Shown here one piece after another: positions 52,359 to 62,837 of a stretch of DNA of 64,000 bases; within the stretch, counting starts at the first letter, position 1, and each line of letters begins with the position of its first letter. The stretch lies in NCBI GenBank assembly GCA_038883855.1, contig JAVZLH010000003.1:40210-104209 (forward strand), written 5' to 3'. This DNA comes from Candidatus Bathyarchaeia archaeon (GTDB taxonomy: Archaea; Thermoproteota; Bathyarchaeia; Bathyarchaeales; Bathycorpusculaceae). The notes beneath the pieces are model-generated. The model had not been told where the DNA came from. It worked only from the letters and a program-made list of their open reading frames with translations, and ran no database searches. The position numbers and the translations under genes were made by a program.

Positions 52359-54437
52359 TCACTCAATGGCCGAAATAACTATTTCTGTGATATCCTTTAC
52401 TGACAGCTTGTCATCTAACCCCTCTTCTTTGGCAGCTTCTTCGAGCATAATTAAACAAGAAGGGCATGCCACTGCCAGAATGTCAGCACCAGTTTCATAT
52501 GCTTCTCTAACTCTTGACCTGCTGGGGCTTCTCTCGTTTTCGGTTATTAAGCCGCATCCAAAACCTGTATAACAGTTTCCACTTCCTCCTCCGCAACAGA
52601 AAGAGTTTTGTTTGTTCCTTTTCATCTCGACAATGTTGATTCCCGGAATAGCTTCCAAAATGCTTCTTGGAGCTTCATATTCATTGTTCCATCTGCCCAA
52701 AAAACAGGGGTCATGATATGTTACGCGCTTGTGGACCGCTTTTTCGCGGAATCTAAGCTTTCCGTTTTGGATAAGCTCCCAGAGTAGTTGTGTATAATGC
52801 TTCACGTCAAACCCGCCACCAAAATTGCCATAACAGTTCTTCATAACATTGTAAGAGTGAGGTGACAGGGCAACAATTTTCTCAACATTTAGCCCTTTAA
52901 ATAACTCTACGTTAGACTTAGATATGTCCTCAAATAAGCCCGCCTCACCAACCTCGTATGCCTCACTGCCAGAACAGCTTTCATGTACGCCTAGAATTCC
53001 AAATGAAACCCCTGCCAAAGACAATATTTTTGCTAATGTTTTTGCCACAATCTGAGCTCTTGGATCATATGAACCCATGTCGCCTACATAATAGAGAAAC
53101 TCTACACCAGGTTTATATCTAGGTACATTCGCATCCGCCCAGCCATCCCTTTTTGCAGGGGGCAACCCGAAAGGATTTCTGTATTTGTAAATGTTCTCCA
53201 ACATGTCTTTGACTTTAAGCGGCAAACGGCCATCTTCAATGCTTTGCGATCTAAGTCTTCTACAAATTTCGGCGCTGTCAACATTAACAGGGCAGGAACT
53301 CTTGCACGCCTTACAAAGAAGGCAAAACCACGATAATGATTTAGCGTTTTCCACACTCTCAGTTATTGCGGTCAATCCTACGCCCATAGGTCCTCCATAT
53401 ACTTTTCCGCCCCACACATTCGCACTAATGTCCCAAATTGGACACATAACTTGGCATCGTCCACACTTAATACAAAGCAACTGTTCTTTTAATACCGGGT
53501 CTTTTGCGGCTTTTATTCGCCCACCATCATAAAGTATCACGTGAACTTTCTTAGGTCCATGAACACCATAAACTCTATAATACTCTATGTCTGCTGTACT
53601 ACTAACGCCGCTAATTACATTGACGTAAGTTGGTGGATATAACCCGGCATATGCGCTCTGCACCATCAGTTGTAAGATGGCGTCTTTAAATGTTGGCATA
53701 ATTTTGTCAACACTCGCCACTATTATAAGGACCGGTGGAAGAGCAGCTACGTTGCTTATGTTGCCTTCGTTATGTACAAGGAACACAGATCCTGTATCCG
53801 CAGCAATAACATTTGCTCCGGTGATTCCAATATCTGCGTTCACGAATTTTTCTCTGAGAAACTCTCTAACATAACTGACTAATTCCTCATGTTTCGCCTC
53901 CTTGCTTATCGGCAACCCTATGTGTTGTCCAAGTAATTGTGATGCCCGCTCCCTGCTTATATGAATCGCCGGAGATACAGTGTGCATCGGTTTTTCTTTG
54001 GATATCTGTATTAATAACTCTCCTAGATCAGTTTCATAAACCTCGTGTCCTTTTTCAGCTAGATGTCCACGCAACGAAATTTCGTCGGTTACAAGTGATT
54101 TGGATTTTACAATTATCTTCTTTCCTTCGCCAATGATCTTATTAATAATTTCCACGGCTTCTTCTGGGTTGCTTGCAAAGTATGCATGTCCACCAATAAC
54201 AGTTATACTCTTCATCGTTTGATCGATGTAGTATTCTAGATTGCCCAGAACCTTCTCTCGGGTAGTTCTAACGTATTCCGCTATTTCAGCATGTTCTCGT
54301 AACCTACTTAAAGACATATCTACAGCATTGGTGAAATTGATTATCGCCCTTGTAATGCCCACCTGAAAATCTGAATCATTTTGCGCTTTCATAATCCACT
54401 CGGCAATTTCCTCAACCCTCATTTCCTCAAGCCTCAT
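52359..54437 (-). CDS. LUD (LutB-like) + 2x[4Fe-4S] + CCG-domain oxidoreductase fusion
   Basis: KSKSL..EI, ETDLGE, GITGAN, NEGN, GVHGP; CIKCGRC..CP and CLLCKAC..CP; TYHDPC.LGR, CCGGG, ACP.C. Confidence 0.88.
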   Translation of the reverse strand: MRLEEMRVEEIAEWIMKAQNDSDFQVGITRAIINFTNAVDMSLSRLREHAEIAEYVRTTREKVLGNLEYYIDQTMKSITVIGGHAYFASNPEEAVEIINKIIGEGKKIIVKSKSLVTDEISLRGHLAEKGHEVYETDLGELLIQISKEKPMHTVSPAIHISRERASQLLGQHIGLPISKEAKHEELVSYVREFLREKFVNADIGITGANVIAADTGSVFLVHNEGNISNVAALPPVLIIVASVDKIMPTFKDAILQLMVQSAYAGLYPPTYVNVISGVSSTADIEYYRVYGVHGPKKVHVILYDGGRIKAAKDPVLKEQLLCIKCGRCQVMCPIWDISANVWGGKVYGGPMGVGLTAITESVENAKSLSWFCLLCKACKSSCPVNVDSAEICRRLRSQSIEDGRLPLKVKDMLENIYKYRNPFGLPPAKRDGWADANVPRYKPGVEFLYYVGDMGSYDPRAQIVAKTLAKILSLAGVSFGILGVHESCSGSEAYEVGEAGLFEDISKSNVELFKGLNVEKIVALSPHSYNVMKNCYGNFGGGFDVKHYTQLLWELIQNGKLRFREKAVHKRVTYHDPCFLGRWNNEYEAPRSILEAIPGINIVEMKRNKQNSFCCGGGSGNCYTGFGCGLITENERSPSRSRVREAYETGADILAVACPSCLIMLEEAAKEEGLDDKLSVKDITEIVISAIE

Positions 54438-54811
54438 TACTTTTCATAACGAAACTCGGTTCCATTCTTCAACTGTTGTTACTTTTTCTTTCTTTTAAAT
54501 TTTTGTGCTTCTTTAAGCACCATTGATGCATATCTCTGTATGTATTCTTAAGCGCACGCTGATATCCACTTAATGGCCTTTTCGACTTTTTGCCAGACGT
54601 TAGAGCTCTTTATATGCTTGTTTGTCATTATAGTTTGTTGACTGCGCGGCATAGAGTTGCGTTAGTTTTGTTTTTAAATTCTTTATGCAGCAGAATTAGT
54701 GTTTTTAACTATTTGATGAATGCGAATGTTTGGTTTATGAAGTAGTGGGATGAGGCTTGGGAAAATGTGTTTCTGGAAGTTGAAGCTTACGGTACTTAAA
54801 GTAGATGACCA

Positions 54812-55075
54812 TTACCCGCCAGCCATAAGAGTTAAAAATATTATTTCAGCGTTATCTTCAACTTTTGCTGAAATATCTGAAAATCTGCCATTAACTATAA
54901 CTCTACATTTGTCTATGGCTTCCATTATACCAAGTCTTCCCTCACCCTTAAACTTCTCATCCATTAGCTTTAATATAACATCTTTTATGGTAGATCCCTC
55001 ATTTACCTCAACCTTTATGTTAGGACCAAACTTTTCACGAAGTGCTCCCACAAATTTAACAGCTACTTGAAGCAT
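54812..55075 (-). CDS. MoaD/ThiS family sulfur carrier (SAMP-like)
   Basis: VKFVGALRE, IVNG, C-terminal AGG; divergent from AOR. Confidence 0.85.
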   Translation of the reverse strand: MLQVAVKFVGALREKFGPNIKVEVNEGSTIKDVILKLMDEKFKGEGRLGIMEAIDKCRVIVNGRFSDISAKVEDNAEIIFLTLMAGG

Positions 55076-55701
55076 AGTTTAAAATTTCGCAAAGCATTTT
55101 ATAAGTTTTTTCATAAGAATTTGTTAAAAGTTCTGTTGTATAGTTAAAAGAGCCGTTGTTGCGCGGTGCTTTTTGCTTTTGGTTAAGAGGATCATACGGT
55201 TGATACTTAAACTTCGTCAACTCTCGATTCCGTTAAGGGCTCATAGGGAAAGCGGTTAGATTTAAGTTTTTATTCTGCTTCTCAGCTATTCTGAGAGATG
55301 TTGTGCGGCGCCGAAGCATTCTCATTGAGTTCATGGACAATAACTTGTTGCTACACATAAAGGCTGTGAAGAACCAAATCCTCAAAGAAGCTTTTGAATG
55401 CTTTAGGAACAGTTCTACTCCCATAGTCTAAACCACCCTCATAATGCTGTTAGAAACCTTCCTCAAGCCCGTCTAAATTCTTTAACCACCTTAATAGAGA
55501 CATTAGAGAAGACGCGGACTATCCGAACACGCCTCAAAGTGTGAGTGAGCATACATCCGAAGACATGAAAGAAGCAATTATTATTATCAGTAAGCAAAAA
55601 TAGCAAAAGCCTAATGAGCCCAATTTAACATGTTAGTGAGAAAGTTTTAAATATTTTACGAACAATAAGATAAAAACACAAAGTTAATAGGGAGGATAAA
55701 G

Positions 55702-57582
55702 ATGAAAATTGGAGGATACGCAGGAAATATACTCAGAGTTAATCTTTCGTCGAAAAAAACTAAAAAAGAGCAATTAAATCCCGATGTCGCTAGGAAGTTC
55801 TTGGGAGCTCACGGGTTAGCTGCATACTATCTGTTTAATGAAATACCCGCGCGAGTACCTGCGTTCAGCGAAGAGAACAAGTTCGCTATATTTAATGGTC
55901 CGCTTATAGGAACAGATGCTCCAAGCTCTGTAAAGACGAATGTTGCGACAAAATCACCGCTAACGGACGGCTGGACGGATGGTAATTTTAGTGGCACTTG
56001 GGGAATAGAATTAAGGAAGGCAGGATATGACGGTATTATCATTGAAGGCAAAGCTGAAAAGCCTGTTTATCTACTCATTGAAGACCAAGAAGTTAAGTTA
56101 CTTGATGCGTCCAAGCTTTGGGGTGCAAATACCTTTGAAACTATGAGACTGCTTAAAGAGGCGCACATGACTGATCGTGAACCTAAAGTTTTATGCATAG
56201 GTCCTGCTGCTGAAAAACTAGTTCTAACCACAACAACTATGGCAGAAGTTAGAGCTGGTGGACGTGGAGGTACGGGAGCTGTTCTAGGTTTCAAAAAATT
56301 GAAGGCTATAACCGTTATAGGTCATGGAGAAGTCTCGCTTGCTGATCCTGACAAGTTCGAAGAAGCTAGGAAAAATGCTGTGAATAAATTATTAAAAAGC
56401 CCCATAACGGGCACTGGTGGTAGTCACCAAATGATGGGAACTTCAAGTATTGTAGCAGGAGTGAACGCTGCAGGAGCTTTGCCCACAAGAAACTTCCAAA
56501 CGGGCGTATTTGAGGCTGCTGATGAAATTAGCGGCGAAGCATACAAAAATAATTTATGGCAAGGCGGCACCAGACGTAGACCATGCCCGAAATGCATAAA
56601 CATGTGCACGCACGTGTCAGTTATTGAAAAGGGCAAGTGGGCTGGAGTCGTGGATGAAGGTCCAGATTATGAGAACATAGTATTACTTGGTTCTGATTGT
56701 GGTGTTGGAGACAGAGAAGCTATAGCCACTGCCGAGTATCTAAGTGATTACTATGGTATCGACGGCATTTCAGTTGGAAACACCATAGGATTCCTTATGG
56801 AATGTTATGAGAAAGGACTAATATCCAAGGACGATACAGATGGCATAAATCTCCGATTCGGTGATGCAGATGCAATGATAGAAGCTCTCGTTAGGATTAG
56901 TACGAGAACAGGAAAACTCGGCGAACTTGGGGCCCTCGGTGTAAGAAGAGCCGCTGAGAAAATAGGAAAGGGCTCAGAAAAATTTGCGATGCATGTTAAA
57001 GGGTTAGAAATGCCAGCATATGATCCAAGAGCTGCATTTGGTATGGGCCTCTGCTACGCAAGATCTGATAGAGGTGCATGCCATTTGAGACCTTGGACAT
57101 TTGGGGCTGAATGTTTAGGCTTAGCTCCGGCGCAGGAACCATTCTTACCCTACAGCATAAATGGTAAGGGCCGTTGGGTCAAAGAACAAAATGATATAAT
57201 TTCGGCGTTTAACTGCTCAGGCTTATGTCAGTTCGTGGCTTTTGGTCTAGATGCTGTAGCTGATGTTGTTGCAATGGTTAACGCAGCGACCGGTTTTGAA
57301 TTAACAACAAACGAATATTTGAAAATCGGGGAGAGGGTACACAACTTAACAAGGGCATTCTGGTTCAGAGAGATACCAGACTTTGGAACAAAGTATGATA
57401 TGCTACCTTGGAGATGTCTCCATGAACCCTTACCGGAGGGTCCTGCAAAAGGTAAGACGGTGCCTTTAGAGCCTATGCTAAGGGAATATTATGAAGCCTC
57501 TGGCTGGGATAAAAACGGTAAACCAACAAAAACTAAGTTACTAGAATTAGGTTTAGACTTTGCAGCGCAGCAAATATACTAA
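55702..57582 (+). CDS. aldehyde:ferredoxin oxidoreductase (tungstopterin AOR/WOR family)
   Basis: GYAG.ILRVNLS, KSPLT, AGYDGIIIEG, GR.G.GAV.G.K.LKA, CPKC...C, PDYE, GID.IS, KGLE.PAYDPR, RGACH. Confidence 0.93.
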   Translation: MKIGGYAGNILRVNLSSKKTKKEQLNPDVARKFLGAHGLAAYYLFNEIPARVPAFSEENKFAIFNGPLIGTDAPSSVKTNVATKSPLTDGWTDGNFSGTWGIELRKAGYDGIIIEGKAEKPVYLLIEDQEVKLLDASKLWGANTFETMRLLKEAHMTDREPKVLCIGPAAEKLVLTTTTMAEVRAGGRGGTGAVLGFKKLKAITVIGHGEVSLADPDKFEEARKNAVNKLLKSPITGTGGSHQMMGTSSIVAGVNAAGALPTRNFQTGVFEAADEISGEAYKNNLWQGGTRRRPCPKCINMCTHVSVIEKGKWAGVVDEGPDYENIVLLGSDCGVGDREAIATAEYLSDYYGIDGISVGNTIGFLMECYEKGLISKDDTDGINLRFGDADAMIEALVRISTRTGKLGELGALGVRRAAEKIGKGSEKFAMHVKGLEMPAYDPRAAFGMGLCYARSDRGACHLRPWTFGAECLGLAPAQEPFLPYSINGKGRWVKEQNDIISAFNCSGLCQFVAFGLDAVADVVAMVNAATGFELTTNEYLKIGERVHNLTRAFWFREIPDFGTKYDMLPWRCLHEPLPEGPAKGKTVPLEPMLREYYEASGWDKNGKPTKTKLLELGLDFAAQQIY

Positions 57583-57860
57583 TCCTTTTTTTATTTTTAA
57601 CAAGTCTACTTAGCTTAAATTTTTCCGTTTCTTCAGTTCTGTTGTGACCCATCTTTCCTGGTTTTCGGTTTGCAAATTATTTTTCTTTCACCCACATTAG
57701 TCTTAACTACCGCAGAACGAGTCCCCTCTAATTAAATGAAGTAATCCATTTAGGTCGCGATGAGAATCTTTCAAAAGGAATTACGGCTAATTTATTTTAA
57801 CCAATACAAATATTTTGGGAAGAGTAAATGATTTACGTTAACAGGATTGAAAGCATCTTT

Positions 57861-58748
57861 TCACTGTGAATACTTTAGAACAATCTGCAATAACATGAGC
57901 ATGATACTCTGCGCTAGAATACCACCTATAAGAGATGGGAGAATTTGAGAGCCGAAAGCGGTTGTCCCAACAACTATGGAAAGGACGCCGTTTCGAAGAG
58001 TAGTTGCTATTCCGATGGCAACAGTTTGGGGTTTTCCAAATTTTCTAGTTAAAAAATAAGAGCCGGCGAGAGCTACGACTAGAAGCGTGAATATCAGAAC
58101 GGTTAACATCCCAAGCTCTAACACATTCTCTATTAACTGCACTCCACCAGATATAGACCCCCATAATATAAGGAGCATTAGTAAAATAGATATTTTGAAT
58201 CTATGGAGAACCAACTTTTTTGTAACTTGCGGAAACTTTCTCTGAAAGAGAAAAGCCAATAGCGCAGGCAGAAAAATAAGTTTAGAAAGATCAAGAACCA
58301 TCGAAATTAAATTTAATTGAATAACTCTACCTATTACCAAGAACATGGTTAAAGGGAGAGTGAATACGGATAAGAAGGATCCAACCGTTATAATCATAAG
58401 TGCTAACTCCAAGTCGCCATTAAGGTGCTTTGCCCAGAAAGCTGAGGCAACAGCAGGAGGTGTGCTCAAAGTCAATAGAACACCAGCAAAAGTGATCGGG
58501 TTAAGAAAACCCACTGAAAGGGATAATAAAGGCGTTAAAATAAATACAATTAACAGGGATAAAAGTAATAGTTGAGGACGACGCAAAAAATCGAATAATT
58601 TCTTCGGATAAATCTCGAGTGACGAAAAAAACATAAGCAGTATTAACACGTATGAAAGATATGGGCTCAAAAGCGCTCCTATTTGTGGAAGAAAAAACCC
58701 TAGCAGAATACCTACCAAAATTACTACAAGAGATACCTCTGCCCGCAT
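57861..58748 (-). CDS. bile acid:sodium symporter (BASS) family transporter
   Basis: L.LLMF.S.L, TP, PPAVAS..W....NGD.ELA, T.LRNG; many TM helices. Start set at ATG 58748. Confidence 0.8.
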   Translation of the reverse strand: MRAEVSLVVILVGILLGFFLPQIGALLSPYLSYVLILLMFFSSLEIYPKKLFDFLRRPQLLLLSLLIVFILTPLLSLSVGFLNPITFAGVLLTLSTPPAVASAFWAKHLNGDLELALMIITVGSFLSVFTLPLTMFLVIGRVIQLNLISMVLDLSKLIFLPALLAFLFQRKFPQVTKKLVLHRFKISILLMLLILWGSISGGVQLIENVLELGMLTVLIFTLLVVALAGSYFLTRKFGKPQTVAIGIATTLRNGVLSIVVGTTAFGSQILPSLIGGILAQSIMLMLLQIVLKYSQ

Positions 58749-59029
58749 GTTATTCACAATGGACGGTAAATTTTTATTTTTTGATATAAGGCTTTCGAGC
58801 TGAAAATACCTTAACCTAAGGATAAAAAACGGTTGCAAAATTAGTTCTGGTTTATCTCGGTTGGAAAAATTCGCTAGGATCGTGATTTTCACTGAAGAAA
58901 AAGATGCATTAATGCTTTGAAGAATGGATAGGTGAGAATATATTCAAATTAGAGAAATTGCAAGCGTGTAGAATCTTTGTAGGAGGGGTTGCAGATTGAC
59001 AAACCACATTGATTCGAAAGAACTGAAGG

Positions 59030-59215
59030 TAGATACCGTGTGGTTCTTCAAGTACATCTTCAGGGGCATCTTGGTGATACAGTGACAATTGCTGAAAGAC
59101 AGTTTGGTAGAAGATGTCTTAAGCTCATAAGGGATTAATGGGAAAAAGCTCTGCTCGTTTAGCGATGCTGGCTGTTTCAGCTTCTATCCTAAGAAAAGGC
59201 TTGCAGCCAAAAAGG
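59030..59215 (+). pseudogene. DegT/DnrJ/EryC1/StrS PLP aminotransferase remnant
   Basis: VVLQVHLQGH.GD..TIAE, then after a frameshift LVEDVLSS*GINGKKLCSFSDAGCFSFYPKKRL, a degraded copy of the family motif VHLYG..EDAAQ..G..GCFSFYP.K.L. Confidence 0.6.
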
Positions 59216-59389
59216 AGGATATCAAAGGCATCACTGGGTCTGTGACCTTGTGGTTAAGAAATAAGCTATGCTTTTGAGGGTTTTCAGGTCGAGCTTTGTT
59301 CCAGCAGATCTTCCTAGCAACTTTAAGCCAAGTACGAACAACATTAAAATTCAAGCTCTTAAAGTTATGGAAAAAGCAAACGATTTTGC

Positions 59390-60409
59390 TCAAAAAATCG
59401 GCAGCATTCTACCGATTCCTTTAGCTTTAGCCCTCTTGTATACTTGGAAGGCTAATGAAATATCTTCACTAGCATAGCCCGTTAAAACGCACAAAATTTT
59501 CTCAGTCTTAGATTCTCTACCGACTTTTTTCAATGCCATTATTTCTCCTAACTCGGCGTATATATCTTTGTCAGACAACATTCCTTTTGAGAAAAATGTT
59601 GCAAGTGTTCCAGTATATTTAACTTGTTCTCGATTATCCACTATGATTTTATCCATCGATGTGATTAAGTCGTAGTCTACTTCTTGGAAAGTTCCTAAAG
59701 AACATATTAAACATCCATCATCATTATCAAACCATTCCTTCTTTATTAAACCTTCATTTGCCGTTGTCACAGTTACTATAACATCACTATCCTTGATCCC
59801 ATTTTTTATGCTTCCTACGCCCTCTATTTCCAGATCAGCATTTTCATTCATATCCTTTATGAATTTTTCTTGTACAGACTTTCTAATGTCAAATACTTTA
59901 ACTTTCTCGATTTTTAATACCTCTCTTAACGCCAATAATTGATATTTACTCTGAAAGCCAGCACCTACTATGAAAACATTGCTTGAATTCTTGTTAGTTA
60001 AATACTTAACAGCTACTGCTGTAGCGGCTCCGGTCCGCATACCTGTTAGTAAGTTTCCACTGATGATAGCCATGGGAATAAATGTCTTCGGGTCATTTAA
60101 TATGATTATGGAAAATAAATAGGGAAGATTTAATTTATAATTATCGATGCTGCCTCCTATCCACTTTACCCCACACACTTTGTCCGAGTCAACATAGGCC
60201 GGCATTACATCGCCGTCACAATTATAGCCAAAAGGCCGCATATCGAGAAATAATTTAGGCGGCAATACATCCTTGCCTTTTTCATGAGCTAAAAATGCGG
60301 CCTCTACGATATTTATAACTTGTTTCATTGTTATATTTGTATGTTCAACATCACTTTCTGATAAATATAAGATTTCTTTTCTCAATCCTCGTCCCTCTAA
60401 CCGCGCCAA
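59390..60409 (-). CDS. ornithine cyclodeaminase/mu-crystallin family protein (archaeal alanine dehydrogenase-like)
   Basis: LPPK, MPAY, GVKW, ILNDP.T..P, LT.MRTGAA.A, GAG.Q, AELGEI, GR.S, TG.A.ED. Confidence 0.9.
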   Translation of the reverse strand: MARLEGRGLRKEILYLSESDVEHTNITMKQVINIVEAAFLAHEKGKDVLPPKLFLDMRPFGYNCDGDVMPAYVDSDKVCGVKWIGGSIDNYKLNLPYLFSIIILNDPKTFIPMAIISGNLLTGMRTGAATAVAVKYLTNKNSSNVFIVGAGFQSKYQLLALREVLKIEKVKVFDIRKSVQEKFIKDMNENADLEIEGVGSIKNGIKDSDVIVTVTTANEGLIKKEWFDNDDGCLICSLGTFQEVDYDLITSMDKIIVDNREQVKYTGTLATFFSKGMLSDKDIYAELGEIMALKKVGRESKTEKILCVLTGYASEDISLAFQVYKRAKAKGIGRMLPIF

Positions 60410-60438
60410 TTAAAGAAGAAATTAATTAAAGAAGTTAA

Positions 60439-61818
60439 TTAGAGAATATTTCCAGGATTCAAAATATTATTAGGGTCAAACAGCTCCTTAATCTTCCTCA
60501 TATCCTCCAGTTGTTTCTTGCTTAAATATTTAGGAAGGTATTTTTTCCTTATTCGCCCTATTCCATGTTCACCTGATATAACACCGCCGAGACTGACAAC
60601 AATATCATATATCTCATAGGAAATTTTCTCAAGGTCTTCGCGTCTAATACCTCCCGCTCTTTCATCCAAGATGTGAGGGTGTAAATTGCCGTCTCCTACA
60701 TGTCCGTATGCTGGAAGAACTATCCCGTATTTTTTGGCAAGCTTTTCTAATTCGTCTAGAAGCTTTGCCATGTTGGCTGGTGGAACGGATACATCCAGCA
60801 CATCCAATGTATACTCCGTTGTTTCACCAATCTTACTTCGCACATCCAATATAGCCTTTTGCTGTCGTTTTCCTTCCTCTATCAAAGTTTCATGAGCTCC
60901 ACATTTGCGGCATATCTCATCTATCTTCTCAGCGACAGCATATACTTCTTCTTGGCTATTTTCTGCGACTATAATTATAAGGAAAGCTTCCCCCTCAGGC
61001 CACTTTCGGCCAAATCCTATCTCCTTCACCGCTTTTTCCACCGCTTCTCTCTCCACGTACTCTATGCCTAATGGCGTAACTCCTTGTTGCAATATAAGAG
61101 GCACGCTTTTTACGGCATCATATCTGTTCTTAAAGGATACTATCAGTGTCGCATCAGCTTTGGGTCTGGGTCGCAGGCGCAAAATTGCCTTAGTTATAAT
61201 GCCGAGCGTACCTTGACTTCCTATAAACAATTGCATTAAATCATATCCTGTCGCATTTTTAAGCAACTTTCCACCATAGGTTACAATCTCCCCTGTGGGT
61301 AGTACGACTTCTAAGCCCTTTACATAATCCCTAACTACACCGTATTTAACACATCGGGCTCCTCCCGCATTGCATGCTATGTTTCCTCCAATGGTAGCTG
61401 TTTCATCTCCTGGATGGGGTGGGAATGAAAGACCGTGTTTCGCGGCTTCCTCATCAATTTTTGAAAATGGTACTCCGGCTTCAACGACGGCCATCATGTT
61501 CTCAGTGTCTATCTCTAATATTTTGTTAAGCCTTTCCAAGGAAATGACTATGCCATCCTTTGTGGGAATGGCGCCTCCCACCAATCCTGTTCCAGCACCT
61601 CTCGGAAAGACAGGAACTTTCAATTCGTTGGCAAGCTTCAAAATTTCGGAAATCTCCTGAGCACTCCCAGGTTTAACCACCACAACACGCTCAGCAGGCT
61701 TAGGACGAACCGTTTTCTCGGTTTCATCTCTCAAATAGTTCTCAATTTCGTCCAGCTTAGTCATTACCCATTCTTTTCCAACGATCCCTTCTAATTTAGA
61801 AATAATTTCAGTGTTCAT
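60439..61818 (-). CDS. FAD-linked 2-hydroxyacid oxidoreductase (GlcD/D-lactate dehydrogenase family)
   Basis: PRGAGTGLVGGA, TIGGN.A.NAGG, KYG..RDYV.GLEVVLP.G, GH.GDGNLH, GEHGIG, FDP.NILNPG. Confidence 0.93.
   Translation of the reverse strand: MNTEIISKLEGIVGKEWVMTKLDEIENYLRDETEKTVRPKPAERVVVVKPGSAQEISEILKLANELKVPVFPRGAGTGLVGGAIPTKDGIVISLERLNKILEIDTENMMAVVEAGVPFSKIDEEAAKHGLSFPPHPGDETATIGGNIACNAGGARCVKYGVVRDYVKGLEVVLPTGEIVTYGGKLLKNATGYDLMQLFIGSQGTLGIITKAILRLRPRPKADATLIVSFKNRYDAVKSVPLILQQGVTPLGIEYVEREAVEKAVKEIGFGRKWPEGEAFLIIIVAENSQEEVYAVAEKIDEICRKCGAHETLIEEGKRQQKAILDVRSKIGETTEYTLDVLDVSVPPANMAKLLDELEKLAKKYGIVLPAYGHVGDGNLHPHILDERAGGIRREDLEKISYEIYDIVVSLGGVISGEHGIGRIRKKYLPKYLSKKQLEDMRKIKELFDPNNILNPGNIL
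61466..61592 (-). repeat. 127-bp exact repeat, copy 1 (inside GlcD paralog 1)
   Basis: Identical by direct reading to 63874-64000. Confidence 0.9.
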
Positions 61819-61850
61819 CTTCCATCCCTAATAATTTAATCCTTTTTAAA

Positions 61851-62192
61851 CTAAAAGGCAGGTCCGTCGAAATAAACATAGAAGACGCAATCTTCGGGTG
61901 CGTCAAGAGGACCGTGCTCCACACCTGCAGGTGTGAAGAAGTACATGCCTCGTTTAATCTCATTCCCCTTATCATCGACAAGCTTTCCATCAAGCACTAT
62001 GATATGGTGGTTTGAAGGATGCTTATGCTTGGGTTCACGAAAACCCTTGTCAAACTTAACTATCGCCGCCATAGCTCCTGTCTCATCATTAACATGTAAT
62101 GTTTTAATCCAAGCTCCCTTTGGGAACTCTTCAATGGGCTTCCAACTTATTTTGCTAGGATCGATAACTTCTGTATTCTGCAATGAATTCAC
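61851..62192 (-). CDS. ChrR-like cupin domain protein
   Basis: W.P...PKG..IK.L, P.H.HP..H..VLDG, G.Y...PAG.EHGP. Confidence 0.82.
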   Translation of the reverse strand: MNSLQNTEVIDPSKISWKPIEEFPKGAWIKTLHVNDETGAMAAIVKFDKGFREPKHKHPSNHHIIVLDGKLVDDKGNEIKRGMYFFTPAGVEHGPLDAPEDCVFYVYFDGPAF

Positions 62193-62837
62193 CTTTTTCG
62201 TTTTTAAATGATACGATGGCTTATAAATTTTTTGTACGTTATTTGAAGATAAGAATGCTTGACTATGAGAGTTTTATTTGCTTATGGACTTAATGGTGAT
62301 GTTTAGCCCAAACTAAGGTATTTTTATCGCTGATCTTAACGAATGCTCCACCAGAGTCATGAAAGCTAACCAGTCTTTTAGAGGCATGTTCAGCCTCTCT
62401 AGACTATTAATCGTGCAGTACGTTTTATAACATCCGCAAAACTGGTAGGTTTCCACATGTAAGTTCGAACAGACCAGTTGCCTCAAGTAATGTCCCTCCA
62501 TTTACATCGCCAACGGGCAATGAGCAAATATTATTTACCTAACAAGTTGAACAATATCTGTATTCATGTTACTACTAACAATTAGAAATGATTGCTGTAT
62601 TTAGCCAATTGTGGCAGTCAACGTCCATGTAGGCCAAAGAAACTGTAAGGACTGAATAAGCAATAACACTATTATATCTAGGCGCGTGGATAACCTTCTC
62701 CTAAGAAAAACACGACAGATGGTTCACTAAACATAGTACGATCCTAAAACAAGTCGCGTTGCATATTTTTAATACCTTACAATTGGGCAAAACCAAACGT
62801 AAGGTCAGAAAAATAGTTTTCCATAAGCGTGTACACA

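Noticed and set aside
54440-55600. Possible IS or transposase remnants around moaD (including ORF 55233-55424)
   Set aside because: I could not find terminal inverted repeats, target duplications or transposase motifs.
62200-62830. Long spacer with a 62-aa ORF (62313-62501)
   Set aside because: Possibly decayed coding DNA, but no family could be recognised in any frame.
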